In this document: positions 50,869 to 61,798 of the stretch, in pieces
How the letters are laid out: the number at the start of each line of letters is the position of its first letter
Numbering within the stretch: position 1 is the first letter of the stretch
From: Enterobacterales bacterium
GTDB lineage: Bacteria > Pseudomonadota > Gammaproteobacteria > Enterobacterales > Succinivibrionaceae
DNA: 64,000 bases
Direction: 5' to 3'
Assembly (NCBI GenBank): GCA_900768635.1
Contig: CAAGDP010000198.1
Coordinates: 9,565-73,564, forward strand
The notes under the pieces: generated by a model
What the model was told of the DNA's origin: nothing
Databases searched by the model: none
What the model saw: the letters and a program-made list of their open reading frames with translations, nothing else
Program-made: the position numbers and the translations under genes

Positions 50869-51829
50869 CAGAAGTTTCCGTTTTCCGTAGCAGAGTCTGA
50901 TGCTGTTCCATTCTGTCCCGTGGATGAGCTTGTTCATAAACCCGTGCCAGAGCTGCTATATCTGTATGGGAATATATCTGGGTGGTGGAAAGTCTTTCGT
51001 GACCCAGTAACTCCTGAACAGCCCGTACATTATGAGAACTGCTTACCATGGCAGTAGCAAAACTATGTCGCAGTTTATGAGGATAAATATCCAGTCCCAC
51101 ACTATGGGTTCTGGCATAAATTTTAAGTCTCATCTCCACATTTCTGGATGTGGTTCTGGTACCGTACTTACTGACAAACAAAGCAGTTTCATCTGCCCTA
51201 GCCCAGTTATTTCTGATATCCAGATAGGCATTTAACGCTTTAAGCGCCGGGATCCCCATGGGAACAATCCGTTCTTTACTTCCCTTACCAACTACCTTGA
51301 CCTGCCTTGCATCCAGATAAACCCGGTCCAAATCCAATGAAACCAGCTCAGAAACACGAAGGCCGGAAGAATACATAAGTTCGATCATAGCTTTGTCTCT
51401 GACTGACATAAAATTATCAAGTTCCGTACTGTTTGCTAATCCTTCAGTTGCCGGCTGATCCAGCATAAATGACATCTGATCATCTGAAAAATAAGAAGGA
51501 AGCCTTTTATTTTTTTTCAGACTTCCCACTGCAAGCGTAGGATCATTAACAGTGAGAGATTTAAGCTGAAGAAAGCGAAAAAGACTTTTTATTGCTGCCA
51601 GCCAGACATTTATACTGGCAGAAGCAATACCTTTAGAACGATAAAAAGATACAAAAGATCGAATAATATCTGAAGATATTTCTGAAACCCCGGTAATGCC
51701 CTGATCAGTAATGAATTCTCTGAATTTATCCAATCCGAACCGGTAGGTGGAAACAGTATGAGAACTTAAATTTCTTTCATTACGGAGATAACTGGTAAAC
51801 CTTTCGCAGGCTTCCGAAAAACCCATCAT
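50855..51829 (-). CDS. xerC: Tyrosine recombinase XerC (chromosome dimer resolution)
   Basis: C-terminal catalytic region HKLRHSFATAMVSSSHNVRAVQELLGHERLSTTQIYSH (R-H-R-Y tetrad); dapF-yigA-xerC-yigB-uvrD synteny. Confidence 0.8.
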   Translation of the reverse strand: MMGFSEACERFTSYLRNERNLSSHTVSTYRFGLDKFREFITDQGITGVSEISSDIIRSFVSFYRSKGIASASINVWLAAIKSLFRFLQLKSLTVNDPTLAVGSLKKNKRLPSYFSDDQMSFMLDQPATEGLANSTELDNFMSVRDKAMIELMYSSGLRVSELVSLDLDRVYLDARQVKVVGKGSKERIVPMGIPALKALNAYLDIRNNWARADETALFVSKYGTRTTSRNVEMRLKIYARTHSVGLDIYPHKLRHSFATAMVSSSHNVRAVQELLGHERLSTTQIYSHTDIAALARVYEQAHPRDRMEQHQTLLRKTETSDDLS

Positions 51830-51839
51830 CCTTCACCGC

Positions 51840-52532
51840 CTAGCTTTTAATTTTCACAAAACGGGGAATTAACAATGCCAGATAATCAGCCAGCTGCTCA
51901 ATAAATGAAGTATCAAGTCCGCTATGGTAGTGGTCCACATGGGCATGACCAAATGCCAGTATTCCCAAATCACCTATCTTCACAAGAGCCCGGGAAAAAA
52001 CCATTTCTTCACTTCTGAATACCAGTCGCCGATCCAGATCTGTAACTTTTCCTAAAGAAACCTTATTTTGAGCCATAAGATCGTTGCAAACTGCTGCAAA
52101 GTCCAAAGCTGAAATCACATAGGAGGAACTATCATCCTCACATTCAACAACATTACCATTCAGAACCAGACAAGTGTAGGGAATAAACAACTTATCACGA
52201 CAGTAATCATTTAAAAGCTGATCCATTTCCTTAACAGACTTACATTGAAATAAATCATTGTACATTCCGAAAAAGGTGCGGAACAATGTATCGTTATAAG
52301 CGGCAATCTCTCCAAAATCTCTGAGTTTATCAGTCAGGCTTCGGATCCGGTCCCTGAAACGCTCCTGCTGAGCCTCCACCAGAGACATAGTACCTCTGAT
52401 ATGATGAGGAATTTCAGCATTGTCCAAAACCTCCGGATGACGAATAAAAAAAGCAGGATTATCGATAAGATATTCTGCAATATCAGTTTCATTCTTAGGT
52501 TTCAGAACCAGTCTCTTGATCTCTCGCGCCAT
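51840..52532 (-). CDS. yigA: DUF484 family protein YigA
   Basis: 230 aa, position between dapF and xerC as in E. coli. Confidence 0.65.
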   Translation of the reverse strand: MAREIKRLVLKPKNETDIAEYLIDNPAFFIRHPEVLDNAEIPHHIRGTMSLVEAQQERFRDRIRSLTDKLRDFGEIAAYNDTLFRTFFGMYNDLFQCKSVKEMDQLLNDYCRDKLFIPYTCLVLNGNVVECEDDSSSYVISALDFAAVCNDLMAQNKVSLGKVTDLDRRLVFRSEEMVFSRALVKIGDLGILAFGHAHVDHYHSGLDTSFIEQLADYLALLIPRFVKIKS

Positions 52533-52566
52533 ATCTTACTGCCCCGATCTCACCGGAGTAACACTC

Positions 52567-53397
52567 CTAAAGATCAATCTCTCCGTCAAACACATGGGTG
52601 GCAGGACCCTTCATCATAACCGGCTCACCTTCACCTTTCCAGGAAATGTTCAGATCTCCGCCGGGCAGATGAACCAGAACATTACTGTCCAGTTTACCCT
52701 GATTAATTCCTACCGAACAGGCTGCGCAGGCGCCGGTGCCACAGGCCATAGTTTCTCCTGCACCCCGCTCAAAAACCCGCAAACTAATTTCATTGCGGGA
52801 AATAATCTGCATAAAACCCACATTGACCCGCTCCGGAAATCTTTCATGAGATTCCAGAAGCGGACCAAGTTCCTCAACCGGAGCACTTTTCACATCCGGA
52901 ACTTCCAGAACACAATGAGGATTGCCCATGGACACAGCTCCGCAAAACAGGTTTTTATCTCCGGCCTGAAGAATATAGGTTTTTTCAGCTTTCTGAGCTC
53001 TGAAAGGGATCCTGGCAGGAGTAAATTCCGGTTCTCCCATATTAACCGTTACCAGCTCATCCTCATCCACATTAAGAATAATCTTTCCGCTCATAGTACT
53101 TACCGCAATAATGCGCTTATTAGTCAGTCCTTTTAAGCGCACAAACCGGGCGAAGCATCGTGCACCATTACCGCACTGCTGCACCTCACCTCCATCGGCA
53201 TTATAAATCCGGTAATGAAAATCCATATCCGGATCAAATGGAGGTTCTACTATCAGTAACTGATCAAATCCGATGCCGAAATGCCGATCCGCAAGTTTAC
53301 TGATAACCTTGGGATTCAGGAAAACCTTCTGGGTCACGGCATCTATAACCATAAAGTCATTTCCCAAACCATGCATTTTTGAAAAACGAATTTTCAT
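52567..53397 (-). CDS. dapF: Diaminopimelate epimerase
   Basis: [20 protein letters not shown]-terminus; active-site Cys contexts [16 protein letters not shown] and [12 protein letters not shown]. Confidence 0.9.
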   Translation of the reverse strand: MKIRFSKMHGLGNDFMVIDAVTQKVFLNPKVISKLADRHFGIGFDQLLIVEPPFDPDMDFHYRIYNADGGEVQQCGNGARCFARFVRLKGLTNKRIIAVSTMSGKIILNVDEDELVTVNMGEPEFTPARIPFRAQKAEKTYILQAGDKNLFCGAVSMGNPHCVLEVPDVKSAPVEELGPLLESHERFPERVNVGFMQIISRNEISLRVFERGAGETMACGTGACAACSVGINQGKLDSNVLVHLPGGDLNISWKGEGEPVMMKGPATHVFDGEIDL

Positions 53398-53427
53398 ATT
53401 ATTGTCTTCCTGAAAAAAGTATATTTA

Positions 53428-54714
53428 CTATTCAGCCAGAAGAATTTCCTGCTGCCATAATTCTTCCACGGTTTCGCGACGTCTGATCAGATGGTCCTTG
53501 CAGCAATCAACCATAACTTCAGCTGCTCGTGGACGGGAATTATAGGATGAAGCCATGGAAAAACCATAAGCCCCAGCAGAAAACTGTACCAGATAGTCTC
53601 CCGGTGCAACTCTGAGACTGCGTTCCTTCCCGAGAAAGTCTCCGGATTCACATACAGGGCCTACCACATCATAAACTTTCTCTTCACAGTCCTTTTCCAC
53701 AGCATTACTAATCTTCATCCAGGCAGAATACAGGGAAGGACGAATCATATCATTCATGCCGGTATCCACAATGGCAAAATTGGAAGCCTCACCTTCCTTA
53801 AGGTACTCCACTTTCGCCACCAGAATACCTGCATTGGCAACCATGGATCTTCCCGGCTCTACCAGTAATTTAAGACCGGTATCTTTCAGACGATCCTGCA
53901 ACATCTGCATATATTCCTGAGGTGACGGAGGAGTCTCATTATCATAAACCACACCAAGACCGCCACCCATATCAATATGTTCCAGAGTTATTCCTTCCTT
54001 TTTCAATCGATCCACCAGAATCAGAACTCTGTCCAGTGCATCAGCAAAAGGCTTTAGTTCAGTAAGCTGTGAGCCGATGTGGCAATCGATACCCTTAATC
54101 GCAATCCCCGGCAAATTCCGGGCTTGGAGATAAAGATTAAAAGCTCTTTCAATAGGCACACCAAATTTATTCTTCTTCAGACCGGTGGAAATATAGGGAT
54201 GAGTATGAGCATCAACATCAGGATTGATTCGTATGGACACAGGTGCAGTAAGATGTAATTGTGATGCCACCTGGGAAATACGTTCCATTTCCGCTTCGGA
54301 TTCCACATTAAAGGAGCAGATCCCGGCCTTCAAGGCAAATTCAATCTCTTCAACGCTCTTTGCCACTCCTGAATACACTACCTTGGATGCATCTCCTCCT
54401 GCCTTAAGAACTCTGGCAAGCTCTCCTCTGGAAACAATATCAAAACCGGCACCGAGTCTGGCCATGGTCTGAAGAACTGCAATATTACTGTTTGCCTTTA
54501 CTGCGTAACAAACCTGATGAGGGATTTCAAGAGACTGATCATACTGGCGATACACATCTTCCAATGCATTTTTTGAATAAACATACAATGGAGTGCCATA
54601 TTTCTCCGCCAGATCAGCTACACATAAATTTTCCGCAAACAGTTTGCCATTCTTAAATTCAAAATAACTCATAAAACTCCTAAACAGGTTTTCCGTATCT
54701 TCATCCGTAAACAA
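53428..54714 (-). CDS. lysA: Diaminopimelate decarboxylase
   Basis: 428 aa; PLP-binding YAVKANSN (Lys); ...GGGLGV...; C-terminal ...PVCESGDFLG... EPGR motif. Confidence 0.85.
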   Translation of the reverse strand: MFTDEDTENLFRSFMSYFEFKNGKLFAENLCVADLAEKYGTPLYVYSKNALEDVYRQYDQSLEIPHQVCYAVKANSNIAVLQTMARLGAGFDIVSRGELARVLKAGGDASKVVYSGVAKSVEEIEFALKAGICSFNVESEAEMERISQVASQLHLTAPVSIRINPDVDAHTHPYISTGLKKNKFGVPIERAFNLYLQARNLPGIAIKGIDCHIGSQLTELKPFADALDRVLILVDRLKKEGITLEHIDMGGGLGVVYDNETPPSPQEYMQMLQDRLKDTGLKLLVEPGRSMVANAGILVAKVEYLKEGEASNFAIVDTGMNDMIRPSLYSAWMKISNAVEKDCEEKVYDVVGPVCESGDFLGKERSLRVAPGDYLVQFSAGAYGFSMASSYNSRPRAAEVMVDCCKDHLIRRRETVEELWQQEILLAE

Positions 54715-54745
54715 AGATCATTATAAATATCTATTCATACTTTAC

Positions 54746-54991
54746 TCAATCATCAAGCTTTTTATCTTGATCAGATTCAGACTTCTGCTGTTCGGCTCTA
54801 GAATCATTACCTGATTCTGTTTCCTTCTTTTGCCTGTTCTGCTCTTTTGCCGGTGATACTTCCAAATTTACAGTATTTTTCGGGGCGACTGCAGAAGGAT
54901 CTGCCTGAGAAGGTTCATCCTGAGGCATATACAACGGTCCCTTAAGACCACAGGCTGAAAGCAGAAATAATGATATTGATACACATATCAT
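54746..54991 (-). CDS. lptM: LPS-assembly lipoprotein LptM (YifL)
   Basis: Lipobox LLSACGLKGPLYMP matching E. coli YifL LTGCGLKGPLYFP; Pro/Glu/Lys-rich tail. Confidence 0.75.
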   Translation of the reverse strand: MICVSISLFLLSACGLKGPLYMPQDEPSQADPSAVAPKNTVNLEVSPAKEQNRQKKETESGNDSRAEQQKSESDQDKKLDD

Positions 54992-55089
54992 TCTTGTAAA
55001 TAAAACAACAAAATTCATGGTCTGAATTCCCTGTTAAAGCTATTCACCAAAATATCTTATTGAAAGGCGGATCCTCCGCCCTGATCTGC

Positions 55090-57606
55090 CTATCGTGCAG
55101 AATAAATCTTAATGGAATACTCCCCGTCCCGGTTCTTAATCTGAAAAAACTGCGGGAGGGAAAAATGAACTGTCCGGGAGGATAATTCCGCCCCCTGTGA
55201 CAAATCAGCATCCATCCTTTCCTGATAATTTTTATTTATACCTTCCACCAGCTGTGAAAGTTTAGTTTCACTACTGATATAGGAACGAAGCTGATTATCT
55301 TCATCCAAAACAAAAACCCGGAATCCTTCATTAAGTTCTTCAAAGAAAAACTGCACAACTCCGCTGCAGGAATACTGATATACCTTTTCCAGCTCGGGAC
55401 TGCGGGATCGCTCCTTATCATTTCTAATTTCAGAGGATCTGATAAACTCAATATAATTAAGAGAATCCAGCAAAGGCTCTATGGTAACATCCTTGGCATT
55501 TCTCATAGCAGCGTAAGTGCGATTTCCTAGCATGAAAACCAGTTTGGAATCCTGATTTCCATTACCTGAACTTATCTTCAGTAAATCAAATAACAAATCA
55601 GAAACCTGCTGTTTAACAATACCTGTCAGATACTGACTGTAGCTGTAAACCCGGAATGGCGGCAAATGTTTCACATCAGCCTCAGGATTTCTCACATTGG
55701 CTATAGCAGACAACGCCTTTATAATTTCTTCATTACCTTCATAATGATTTACAAAAATCTCACCCCAGGAATTTGCGTACACTACATCAATGCAATTAAC
55801 CAGCGAGCGCCGGGCCACACCAAAGGAAAGTACATCCACATTAGCCAGCTCCAGTTCCTTTTTATCCTGTTCACTGCTTAAATCTGAGGATATATTCAGA
55901 AGAAGGCAAAGTCTCTTAAAGTACATAGGTCCAACAAGATCCTTGTTGGTCACGGTTATGCTGTTAAAATTCGAGATAATATCCAGCAAATCTGAAACCA
56001 GCCGGTAAATTTTGGAAGTAACAACTTCGGGTGCATTTTCAGAAAGAAAAATACGGGTCTTTCTGGTAATAACACCATTTACTATTGACCATAACAGAAC
56101 ATCAACAATATTCTGATTGAAGTAGGCGCATTTGGATCTGACAATGGAAGAAGGGTTGATTGCCGATGTATACAGATACCATCCGTAACGGTTAATCCGT
56201 TGCGCAGGAACGTAAACTAATGTTACGTTTTTTTCATTTACGCTTTTCTCATCCACAGAAGGGGAAATATTAAGATTCACCTTCTGAATCTTATTTTTTT
56301 TATACTCAAAAGCAGAACTCAGTTTCTGCGTTAAAATCTGAAAATCTGTAATATCAATAGGACATCCTAGCTTCTGCACTCGACTGGAAAAACTCCTTAA
56401 CCGGGAGCTGCTTTCCAACATGAGATCCACGATCCTGCGGTTGATGGATACCACCTGACCGATTTTCCAGTTTTTCTGATCAAGTAACTTATCCAATGTA
56501 GATCTGGGTATATTGTTCTTGCGTATGAAATCATTAACAAAATTGATACGCCACTGCATAAACACAGAAGAATCGTTAAAATCCATGCCGTTGACTACTT
56601 TCATCAGAAAACAAACCTGAAGCATATCCAGACGTAGCCGGCTGTCAATTTTCTTCAGATATCCCACTATCCTTTCATACACTGAATAGTAGGAATCCAT
56701 GGAAATATCATAACGTTCAGAGGACTGAATTTTTCTGCGAATATCATTAGCTACCAGACGAATCCGCGGATAATCATCAGCATATGCCTCCATAAGCAGG
56801 ATCTTTATTGTAGCCTTAAAAGGTGAATCGACACCTTTATACAGCAACCACATAGCTGATCCGAAAAATTCCTGCACCGGAATATTATTTACCGATCCCA
56901 AATCAAACCATTCTGTTGATTTAACCTCACCGCTGGCAAAAAGCTCATTGACGTACTTATCATACTCTGTATTGTCAGTATCGTGCTCTTCGGATACCAG
57001 ATACCACACCAGCTTTTTACCCGCCAGCCAGAGTGAAGATCGATAAAACTCCTCCAGAAGCAACAGATGCAGAGCGCTTCCGCAGTTTTCACTGTCGATG
57101 GATGATGTATTGTCGCTGCGGAACTTATCGTCAGGCACTAAAAAGAAATTAACTTCAAAGTTCTGGTTTTGCGCCATATTGGAAATAACACCGCACTTCT
57201 GCTCCAGACTGGAGACTTTTTCAGGATCCATCAAATGGGAATAACATACCCATATATCCAGATCGGAACCAGCAGTCTGACCGATGGAGGAAGTACTTCC
57301 CATGCAGTACAGTGACAGAATTGCAGGGCTCTCAATGTAACTTGCAATATTACAGTTACCTACATTACTTATACGATCAAGATAATCTTGCTGATAATCT
57401 GACAGATGGAAATTGCAAATGCCATGAGGAGTGCTCCCGGGAATAAAACCCGGCAAAAGAGGGTGATTATAATGAAGAAGTACCGGAATAATTTCAAAAA
57501 GATGTCTTGCAGATGATTTCATAGCTGCAAGAGCTCTTCTGGTTCGCTCCGCTGTTATTTTCTCGTAATGAGCGATATTACCGGATATTCTGGAAGGATT
57601 ATTCAA
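55090..57606 (-). CDS. cyaA: Class I adenylate cyclase
   Basis: 838 aa; ...RALAAM...LFEIIPVLLHYNHPLLPGFIPG...GICNF... MGSTSSIGQTAGSDLDIWVC collinear with E. coli CyaA. Confidence 0.9.
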   Translation of the reverse strand: MNNPSRISGNIAHYEKITAERTRRALAAMKSSARHLFEIIPVLLHYNHPLLPGFIPGSTPHGICNFHLSDYQQDYLDRISNVGNCNIASYIESPAILSLYCMGSTSSIGQTAGSDLDIWVCYSHLMDPEKVSSLEQKCGVISNMAQNQNFEVNFFLVPDDKFRSDNTSSIDSENCGSALHLLLLEEFYRSSLWLAGKKLVWYLVSEEHDTDNTEYDKYVNELFASGEVKSTEWFDLGSVNNIPVQEFFGSAMWLLYKGVDSPFKATIKILLMEAYADDYPRIRLVANDIRRKIQSSERYDISMDSYYSVYERIVGYLKKIDSRLRLDMLQVCFLMKVVNGMDFNDSSVFMQWRINFVNDFIRKNNIPRSTLDKLLDQKNWKIGQVVSINRRIVDLMLESSSRLRSFSSRVQKLGCPIDITDFQILTQKLSSAFEYKKNKIQKVNLNISPSVDEKSVNEKNVTLVYVPAQRINRYGWYLYTSAINPSSIVRSKCAYFNQNIVDVLLWSIVNGVITRKTRIFLSENAPEVVTSKIYRLVSDLLDIISNFNSITVTNKDLVGPMYFKRLCLLLNISSDLSSEQDKKELELANVDVLSFGVARRSLVNCIDVVYANSWGEIFVNHYEGNEEIIKALSAIANVRNPEADVKHLPPFRVYSYSQYLTGIVKQQVSDLLFDLLKISSGNGNQDSKLVFMLGNRTYAAMRNAKDVTIEPLLDSLNYIEFIRSSEIRNDKERSRSPELEKVYQYSCSGVVQFFFEELNEGFRVFVLDEDNQLRSYISSETKLSQLVEGINKNYQERMDADLSQGAELSSRTVHFSLPQFFQIKNRDGEYSIKIYSAR

Positions 57607-57620
57607 CAGTACTAACCTTC

Positions 57621-58760
57621 TTATTTACTAAGTGAAGCTAGCTGGTGATTAACTTTTTCATAACATTGGCATATGACGCTATATTCCTGAGCCGGTATAG
57701 ATTCAGGGGGTAGTTTTCCATACCAATCCAATGCTTCAGAATAGTTGCCAGTCAAAAACATTTGTTTAGCAAAAGCCCGATAAAGTCTGGTACAGATGCG
57801 TTCATCTTCTGTAAGATGATCCTGCATATACTTAACGACCTGCGGCAAAAAGGTATCGCAGTTTACAATCTCATCCAGCATCTTGCTTACGTCACATTTT
57901 CTGAAACCTTCCAGAAGAATTTTTTCTGCTGTTTCAACATCGCCGAGAACCGCAATTCTGCTGGCAAAAAGGCCTTTAACTGCCGGTTCCTTTTTGAAAG
58001 ATCTAGAAACTTCTTCCCACAAAGATTTGGCAGCTTCGGAAGTTTCAATGCTACTCAGGTCATTCTGGTAGACATTAAGCTGGATTTTCAGAAAATCATC
58101 ATATTCAAAGGCCCGATCTTTTTTAACCTGAGAGAGAATCCCCTTAAGATGATCATAATCGCCCAGCAGAAGGTAAATACCTGAAAGTTTTCGGCAAATC
58201 AGCGGTATACTCCCGAATCTTGTCCGGGCATTTTCCAAAATCTCAACGGATTTGTCATACTGTTTTCTTTTCAGATAAAAATCTGATTTGATAAGCAGAC
58301 AGGCAAGACCCGCCTTAGGTTCCAGTTCTTCAGCTTTTTTCAAACATTCCAGAAATTTTTCCTCAGAATTAAGTTTGATATAGGCATAAGATGCCAGAAG
58401 ATAATTTGCCACCGAACGATAATTTTTGTGGGTTTTATTTCTGAACAAATTCTCAGCATCATCGTAGCGATGTTCCGCCATGGCAATAACACCTGCTGAA
58501 AGATTTGATCGGGAAACAGTAGTTCTACGACTCCTGATAAAAGAACTGACCTGGGATCTGGCTGCCACAAGTTTGGTTATAAGACTTATAACAAGAGCTA
58601 TCACCAGATAAAGAGCAAGAACAGCTATCAAAGCGAATAATACAGAGGTCTCTATGGTGTAGTCACCAACACTGATGAATACATAACCATGATTATCTAC
58701 TACATAGGGAGCAGCAATTACAGCTATGCAGAACAGAATACATAAGATTACTTTTTTCAT
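57621..58760 (-). CDS. hemY: HemY-family TPR membrane protein (heme biosynthesis-associated)
   Basis: Two N-terminal TM helices (HemY_N) followed by TPR-like repeats; 379 aa; position next to hemX. Confidence 0.65.
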   Translation of the reverse strand: MKKVILCILFCIAVIAAPYVVDNHGYVFISVGDYTIETSVLFALIAVLALYLVIALVISLITKLVAARSQVSSFIRSRRTTVSRSNLSAGVIAMAEHRYDDAENLFRNKTHKNYRSVANYLLASYAYIKLNSEEKFLECLKKAEELEPKAGLACLLIKSDFYLKRKQYDKSVEILENARTRFGSIPLICRKLSGIYLLLGDYDHLKGILSQVKKDRAFEYDDFLKIQLNVYQNDLSSIETSEAAKSLWEEVSRSFKKEPAVKGLFASRIAVLGDVETAEKILLEGFRKCDVSKMLDEIVNCDTFLPQVVKYMQDHLTEDERICTRLYRAFAKQMFLTGNYSEALDWYGKLPPESIPAQEYSVICQCYEKVNHQLASLSK

Positions 58761-58772
58761 CTGCTGCCACCC

Positions 58773-60107
58773 TTATTTAATGTTTTTCATATAATCTCTG
58801 AGGAGATTTAAGCTTTCAAACTGTTGTACACCTATAAAGATCACGCTACTGGATTGAAGCTCCTTTATTTCATTTAATACCTGTTCGGTAGACGGATCCT
58901 CACAGTCATAATATTTGGTTATCAGATCAGAAACTTTGCGCAGATGAAGTTCATAAGCCATCTGCTGCTGAGAATAAACTGCCATCTGGGCTTCCAGCAG
59001 AGAAATAGTTAACCGGTTCTGCAATAGAACAATTTCATCCTTACTTAAAAACTTAAGTTCCTTGTCAGTATTCTTTCTTACAATTACCAGCTTACCAAAG
59101 AAATTACTTAAACCATTAGACAGATTTTCCTTCCAGTCGCCGATATTTTCATTTACAACCTGTTCGTGGTTTTCATTTTCTTCTGCAACCGATGAAAAAT
59201 TAAGCTTGTATCCAAGTATTGGTAAATTCTTTACATTTTCCTCAAGAGCAGATAAACGGATAACCAGACTTTCGGAATCTAACAGTTCCAGATTGGACAG
59301 ATTTCTAATATCAGAGCTTATCGCTTTTCTGATTTGAATAAGCTGAGGATCCTGCAAATCCGCAAGAGCCACATCAGCTTCCTTTAAAAGAGAAATAGCG
59401 GTTTGAACATCATGTTCCAGATACATTTTTCGATATGAAAGCTTAAGCAGATATAAAGCTTCATTGCGCAGGAGTTTCTCCGGATCCTCTCCCACCTTAA
59501 TGATTTTTACTTCCTTCTTACTTTCCTGATCTGCTTTTTTTTGGACTTTAACCTCATCGAGAAGAGCTTTTGCTCCGGCAAACTGCTTTTCCAGTTCATG
59601 GAGTTTATCCTCCACATCCTGGGCATGGTTAACAGTATTCTGCAGTGTTATGGATGTAACATTATCCGCATCGTAAAGTGACTGTACCCGATCCTCCAAT
59701 CTGATTACATTGGAGCGGATATCACTGAGACGGGTCTTATTTCGCGCATTACTGGAACTTTCATATATATAATCACCAAGAACAACCAAAATAAGAAGTC
59801 CGAAAGTAACAATACTGAGCCACCCGTTAAAGTTATTGAAAGCCTTTTCTTTCTTGAGCTCCTTTTCCACCTGATTAACAGCTTCCTCGCTTTTTTTGGT
59901 TGCTGTTGCCACTGATTTTTCCAGTTGCTCCTCACAGTTGCTTACCTTATCCTCAGTCGGTTGAAAAGTTGCATCATATTCTGCAGCGGCATCTGAAGAA
60001 TTATGATTTTTAGCATCAACTGGACCCTGCTCTTTTTCATTGTTGCTTAAATCTTCATCTATATTTTTATTCTGCTGAGACATAGACACACCTGAATTTA
60101 TATACAA
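58773..60107 (-). CDS. hemX: HemX-family protein (putative uroporphyrinogen-III C-methyltransferase-like membrane coiled-coil protein)
   Basis: Acidic N-terminus, single TM WLSIVTFGLLILVVLG, long coiled-coil periplasmic region; 444 aa. Confidence 0.55.
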   Translation of the reverse strand: MYINSGVSMSQQNKNIDEDLSNNEKEQGPVDAKNHNSSDAAAEYDATFQPTEDKVSNCEEQLEKSVATATKKSEEAVNQVEKELKKEKAFNNFNGWLSIVTFGLLILVVLGDYIYESSSNARNKTRLSDIRSNVIRLEDRVQSLYDADNVTSITLQNTVNHAQDVEDKLHELEKQFAGAKALLDEVKVQKKADQESKKEVKIIKVGEDPEKLLRNEALYLLKLSYRKMYLEHDVQTAISLLKEADVALADLQDPQLIQIRKAISSDIRNLSNLELLDSESLVIRLSALEENVKNLPILGYKLNFSSVAEENENHEQVVNENIGDWKENLSNGLSNFFGKLVIVRKNTDKELKFLSKDEIVLLQNRLTISLLEAQMAVYSQQQMAYELHLRKVSDLITKYYDCEDPSTEQVLNEIKELQSSSVIFIGVQQFESLNLLRDYMKNIK

Positions 60108-60189
60108 ACTACTGAGGATTTTAGAGATAAATCAGTACAAATTATAACATGACAAGTGAGATCTACTACACATTTTAAAGTGCACCAAT

Positions 60190-60218
60190 AAAAAAAAAGG
60201 GGTATAAACATAACCCCC
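60190..60218 (-). terminator. Rho-independent terminator after ilvA
   Basis: Minus-strand hairpin gggg-ttatgtttata-cccc followed by TTTTTTTTT (A9 at 60190-60198 on + strand). Confidence 0.55.
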
Positions 60219-60252
60219 TAATTTACGAAAATTCACTGACTTGTTCTTCTAA

Positions 60253-61794
60253 TTACTTCTGCGGCTGAAGAAACATCTCGTAACAGGAATTTGCTGTTTC
60301 ATCAAACCACAAATATCCCAGTTTAGTGAAACGCTCAGTAACATTATGATATTCGTTATCCGGCACCTGAATTCCACATAAAACCCGTGCATACTCTGCA
60401 CCATGATTTCGATAATGGAATAATGATACGTTGTACTTGGATCCCAGAACTTCCAGGAATTTCATCAGCGCACCAGGTCTTTCAGGGAACTCAAAACTGA
60501 ACAGTCTTTCGTTTTCCAATGATGCCGGAGCATGTCCACCTATCATATATCGAATATGGTTCTTGGCAACAATGTTGTCAGACATATTCTCTACCTGATA
60601 TCCCTTTTCTCTGAGGTCAGCAATAATGGAATTAAGTTCTTCCCTTCCTTTAGAAAGCTGAAGACTCATAAAAATAGAAGCTAGTGATCCATTTGCATAC
60701 CGGTAATTAAATTCCGTAACATTACGGGCACCGATATTTTTGCACAGATCCATAAAAGCTCCGTTCTTTTCCGGAATTTTAACAGCCAGAATGCCTTCCC
60801 GTTGCTCACCAACCTCACACCTTTCAGAAACAAAGCGTAAGGTATGGAAATTAAGATTAGCTCCCGACAGAATAGCTACCATCTTCTGATCGGTGCAATT
60901 ATGGGTGCTGACATACTTCTTGATACCAGCAAGGGAAACTGCTCCTGCAGGTTCAGCAATAGCCCGGGTATCATCAAATATATCTTTAAGTGCTGCACAG
61001 ATTTCATCATTTGAAACAGTGATAGCATCATCAATGTTATCCCGTAAAACACGGAAAGTTTCATCACCAATTCTTTTTACAGCAACACCATCGGCAAACA
61101 TTGAAACCCTGTCCAGAGTAACTATATGCTTATTATCCAGAGCAGCTTTAAGACAGGCTGATCCCTCAGGCTCTACTGCAATAACCTTAATATCCGGCAA
61201 AATCTGCTTGATATATACAGCTATACCGGCAGCAAGTCCTCCGCCACCAACCTGAACAAATACATGAGTTATACGGGAATTCTGTTTCAGAAGTTCTGAT
61301 GCAATTGTTCCCTGACCGGCTATAACATCACTGTCATCATAAGGAGGAATAAGAGTTAATCCCTCCTCAGTAGCAAGGCGTCTTGCCTCGGCATAAGCTT
61401 CATCAAAGTTATTACCAAATAAAATGGCATTACCGCCGAATCTCCTCACTGCATCAACTTTGATATCAGGTGTGGTTTTCGGCATTACAATGCTGGCTTT
61501 TACCCCCAGCACCTTTCCGGATAAAGCTACTCCCTGTGCATGATTTCCAGCAGAAGCGGCAACCACTCCTTTTGCTTTCTGTTCCTGTGTCAGCTGGGAG
61601 ATTTTATGATATGCACCTCTGAGCTTGAAAGAATGAACAATCTGCTCATCTTCTCTCTTTAACAGAATCTCATTTTTCAGTCTTTCAGAAAGTTTCTCCA
61701 TCTTGTCCAGAGATGTAAACCTTGCCACATCATACACCGGAGACAGTAAAATCCTTCTGACATATTCTGCCCATGACAATTCCTGTGCAGCCAT
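60253..61794 (-). CDS. ilvA: Threonine dehydratase, biosynthetic
   Basis: PLP-binding FKLRGAY; ...AASAGNHAQGVALS...; two C-terminal ACT-like domains; start at MAAQELSW 4 nt after ilvD stop. Confidence 0.9.
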   Translation of the reverse strand: MAAQELSWAEYVRRILLSPVYDVARFTSLDKMEKLSERLKNEILLKREDEQIVHSFKLRGAYHKISQLTQEQKAKGVVAASAGNHAQGVALSGKVLGVKASIVMPKTTPDIKVDAVRRFGGNAILFGNNFDEAYAEARRLATEEGLTLIPPYDDSDVIAGQGTIASELLKQNSRITHVFVQVGGGGLAAGIAVYIKQILPDIKVIAVEPEGSACLKAALDNKHIVTLDRVSMFADGVAVKRIGDETFRVLRDNIDDAITVSNDEICAALKDIFDDTRAIAEPAGAVSLAGIKKYVSTHNCTDQKMVAILSGANLNFHTLRFVSERCEVGEQREGILAVKIPEKNGAFMDLCKNIGARNVTEFNYRYANGSLASIFMSLQLSKGREELNSIIADLREKGYQVENMSDNIVAKNHIRYMIGGHAPASLENERLFSFEFPERPGALMKFLEVLGSKYNVSLFHYRNHGAEYARVLCGIQVPDNEYHNVTERFTKLGYLWFDETANSCYEMFLQPQK

Positions 61795-61798
61795 TTTC

